A DNA stretch of 63,184 nt, filler included, from Globobulimina sp. (lineage: Eukaryota): NCBI GenBank assembly GCA_003354225.1. It is 21 parts of 21 records of this genome, joined end to end, with 100 filler letters (N's around TTAATTAATTAA, not from the genome) between each part and the next. Parts side by side here need not be neighbours in the genome. Positions count along the whole stretch, not along the records: positions 60,275 to 63,184 come from PIVH01004395.1; 20 more parts are not named here. One strand, given 5' to 3'. The translations under genes and the position numbers were made by a program. This document shows, one piece after another, positions 60,849 through 63,184 of this stretch. The first letter of the stretch is position 1. Each line of letters opens with the position of its first letter. Below the pieces are notes generated by a model that was not told the origin of the DNA, did not search any database, and saw nothing but the letters and a program-made list of their open reading frames with translations.

Positions 60849-61691
60849 ATGATTAAAACTTCAATTCAAATACAAATTGAACAAGAATTAACATCATATT
60901 TGAACAAATTATGTTACGAAGATCTGCAAAAAACAACAAAAAAGCAATGCAAAACTTATTTGGAACAAAAATTAAATGTATCAATGTCTAACGAGAAAAA
61001 TTGTATTAAATTATGTTTGCGTGAATTTATCACAAATTATGTGAGTTCAAATAATAATAATATTCACTCCAATGATCCGGATTCAACAATGATAGATAAA
61101 ACATGTAAACGCAAATTGATCGGATGTATGGACTCAAATAATTTTCAACCTCCATCCAAAAAAACAAAACAATCTAACTTTGATTACAAAGACGAAGAAA
61201 TAGTGAATGTAAAAGAAATGACATCCTTGCTTTATGCTGAAAATTTGATGTATTCATTAAATGAACAATTAACAAATAGAAACAAAAGGGATAAAAATAA
61301 AAAAGAGAAAGGAAATATTGATTATGATAATATTGAACATGAAGCATTAAAAAATAAACTAACAAAATGCAAACAAGAATGCATAAAATATAAAGAATTA
61401 ACAAAACAATATGCTGCATTGTTACAACCAAAAGTTATTTTATGTCAAGATTTAAAAAAAGAAAATGAAATTTTGAATAAAAATATTAATGTTTTAAAAA
61501 ATAACCATATAAAAGAAATTGAAAAATTAAAAAATTGTTTAAAAAATGAATCGGAAAATGTTAAAGAAGAAAGATTTAAATGCTTACGGAAAGATAAATA
61601 TATACAAAGACTTGAAAACAAATTTGCTTTTATTTGTAATAAATATAATATTGATCGAGACTCAGTTGTTGTTCAAAACTCCAATATTTAA
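60849..61691 (+). CDS. DEK-C-like N-terminus plus coiled-coil protein
   Basis: DLQKTTKKQCKTYLEQKLNVSMSNEK..I pattern; heptad repeats. Confidence 0.6.
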   Translation: MIKTSIQIQIEQELTSYLNKLCYEDLQKTTKKQCKTYLEQKLNVSMSNEKNCIKLCLREFITNYVSSNNNNIHSNDPDSTMIDKTCKRKLIGCMDSNNFQPPSKKTKQSNFDYKDEEIVNVKEMTSLLYAENLMYSLNEQLTNRNKRDKNKKEKGNIDYDNIEHEALKNKLTKCKQECIKYKELTKQYAALLQPKVILCQDLKKENEILNKNINVLKNNHIKEIEKLKNCLKNESENVKEERFKCLRKDKYIQRLENKFAFICNKYNIDRDSVVVQNSNI

Positions 61692-61762
61692 AAATTAAAC
61701 TAGTTAATGTGGCACAACAACAACAACACCAACTTGCTCTGTAAATAGCGAGGGTTTTCTAG

Positions 61763-62905
61763 TCAAGTGTCAACATTCAATGTGAAAGTCTCATCTGATG
61801 AAACAGCTTGATTGATGAGTCGGAAATGGCCAACAAACTCTAGTATTAATTGTCCGATTGTCTTTCCAAATTTGTTGACAACTATTTGCTCCCTTTTACA
61901 TTTATATTTTAGTTCATCATGATAGAACCATAAACGTGACATTATTGTTTCAAGTGTTGCCAGTCTCATAATCATTGGCTTATTCATTACATTCTTTTCA
62001 AATCCTGGCATAACATGCCACCAATAATAATGCAACCGCATGCTATGAATCCCAAATACAAACAGCATGATCGTGGTCACACACTGCATAAATATCCAAC
62101 ATATTTGAAACAACGGAATATACTCAAAATATAAACATCCATAATATGCCAAAACAAATGGAACAAATATTGTTATAAATCTTGACAAAACATATAAAGG
62201 AAAAACTATATATTTCAGCACAATGCAAAATACAAAAGAAGCTTTTTTGAATCTCTTAGCAAACTGTTTGGGTAATTCACATAAATTGCATTGATACAAC
62301 AGCTTGATTTGACAAAATAAATCAGATTTTTCTGTATTCAACGTATTTTTCCTTAAGGTTGAATATCTCAAACGTTTATGATTGGAAATGATATGATTCG
62401 ATTCATTATATTGTACCAAAACCGATGAATTTATCAAATTTTGTAAATATGAATTCAAAATGGGATAATTCTCTGCAACAAAATTAATATAAGGCTCTGT
62501 TAACAAACAATAGTTAACAGCCAATATCCTTATTAACTTTGTTTCATTCGATACAAACAATGGTTTACAAAATGAAGTGTTTACTGTTCCAACTTCACTT
62601 CCTTCGCCATATTGAATAAATTTTAGGATAGATTTTCTAAATTCATAATTCGAGTTCGAAGTGGAATTATTGGATACAGAACTTTTAAGTTTGAACCTGG
62701 TCACAGATGCAATCATCTTTGGCAGATATGTAAAGTTTTTAATTTCATACAACATTGCACAGCAAATAGATAATAAAACCCATTGTATACAGTGTGGAAT
62801 ACTGCAAAACAGTAATAGAAAAGCAGAGAAACTACATTTTGTTGATTCAATGTCGAATTCCATACATTTTGTTGATTTAAACAACATTTTACGTAATGTG
62901 ACCAT
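61763..62905 (-). CDS. Hypothetical membrane protein (start uncertain)
   Basis: 380-aa ORF with two to three TM helices. Confidence 0.55.
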   Translation of the reverse strand: MVTLRKMLFKSTKCMEFDIESTKCSFSAFLLLFCSIPHCIQWVLLSICCAMLYEIKNFTYLPKMIASVTRFKLKSSVSNNSTSNSNYEFRKSILKFIQYGEGSEVGTVNTSFCKPLFVSNETKLIRILAVNYCLLTEPYINFVAENYPILNSYLQNLINSSVLVQYNESNHIISNHKRLRYSTLRKNTLNTEKSDLFCQIKLLYQCNLCELPKQFAKRFKKASFVFCIVLKYIVFPLYVLSRFITIFVPFVLAYYGCLYFEYIPLFQICWIFMQCVTTIMLFVFGIHSMRLHYYWWHVMPGFEKNVMNKPMIMRLATLETIMSRLWFYHDELKYKCKREQIVVNKFGKTIGQLILEFVGHFRLINQAVSSDETFTLNVDT

Positions 62906-63184
62906 AAAGGAATATGGAACAACACAAATACAAAGATAGACCCAATCTAGAAATTTTCCAACAGTGCTCCATATATATGGCGTAGTCTAATACAGTGTCA
63001 GGTTACCCAGGCCAAAGTATATGATGTAAGTACTGTCTCGGACTGAAGCAGCCACATTGCCTTGCAATTTCTACAGTCCCGAAATTTCAGAATGGTTCTG
63101 GTCCCGACTTGCTGCGCTTGTGGATCTGGTGTTGAACGAAGACCCCTCATCCTTCTTGGCCATTTCGCACCTGCACACACAGAC

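Noticed and set aside
62990-63184. Higher-GC tail with a 60-aa ORF
   Set aside because: Too short; no motif; possibly a chimeric end.

Overview
This window is not a contiguous locus. It is 21 unrelated contigs of 2910-2917 bp, sorted by decreasing length and joined by 100-nt artificial spacers (N44-TTAATTAATTAA-N44), so gene neighbourhood is only meaningful inside a contig. The DNA is from an AT-rich, gene-dense eukaryote using the standard code with short (48-97 nt) GT-AG introns; gene families and intron style suggest a foraminiferan/rhizarian (inference). Recognisable genes include REV3, an HMG/ARID/ARM SWI/SNF subunit, strumpellin, UBR7, a RING/TRAF protein, FANCJ-like helicase, DUF4419, a multi-RPEL protein, an FCP/SCP phosphatase, an FGD-type RhoGEF, a GT32 glycosyltransferase, a polycystin-like fragment, IMPACT, PPR-SMR, an LRR multipass receptor and an ADP/ATP carrier. 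The most interesting signals are: a short N-terminal LxxG[YF]xR..IP module shared by four unrelated proteins; a 1.13-kb TIR element carrying a long internal hairpin; a tRNA-Asp-like element with an expanded D region beside hairpin repeats; a Tudor-like/ART-like protein with an H-S-E signature; an IMPACT-MJ1316 fusion; a multi-DOMON surface protein; an 80-nt direct-repeat-bounded insert in UBR7; and head-to-head gene pairs only 38-77 nt apart. All calls are by eye; no database search was run.
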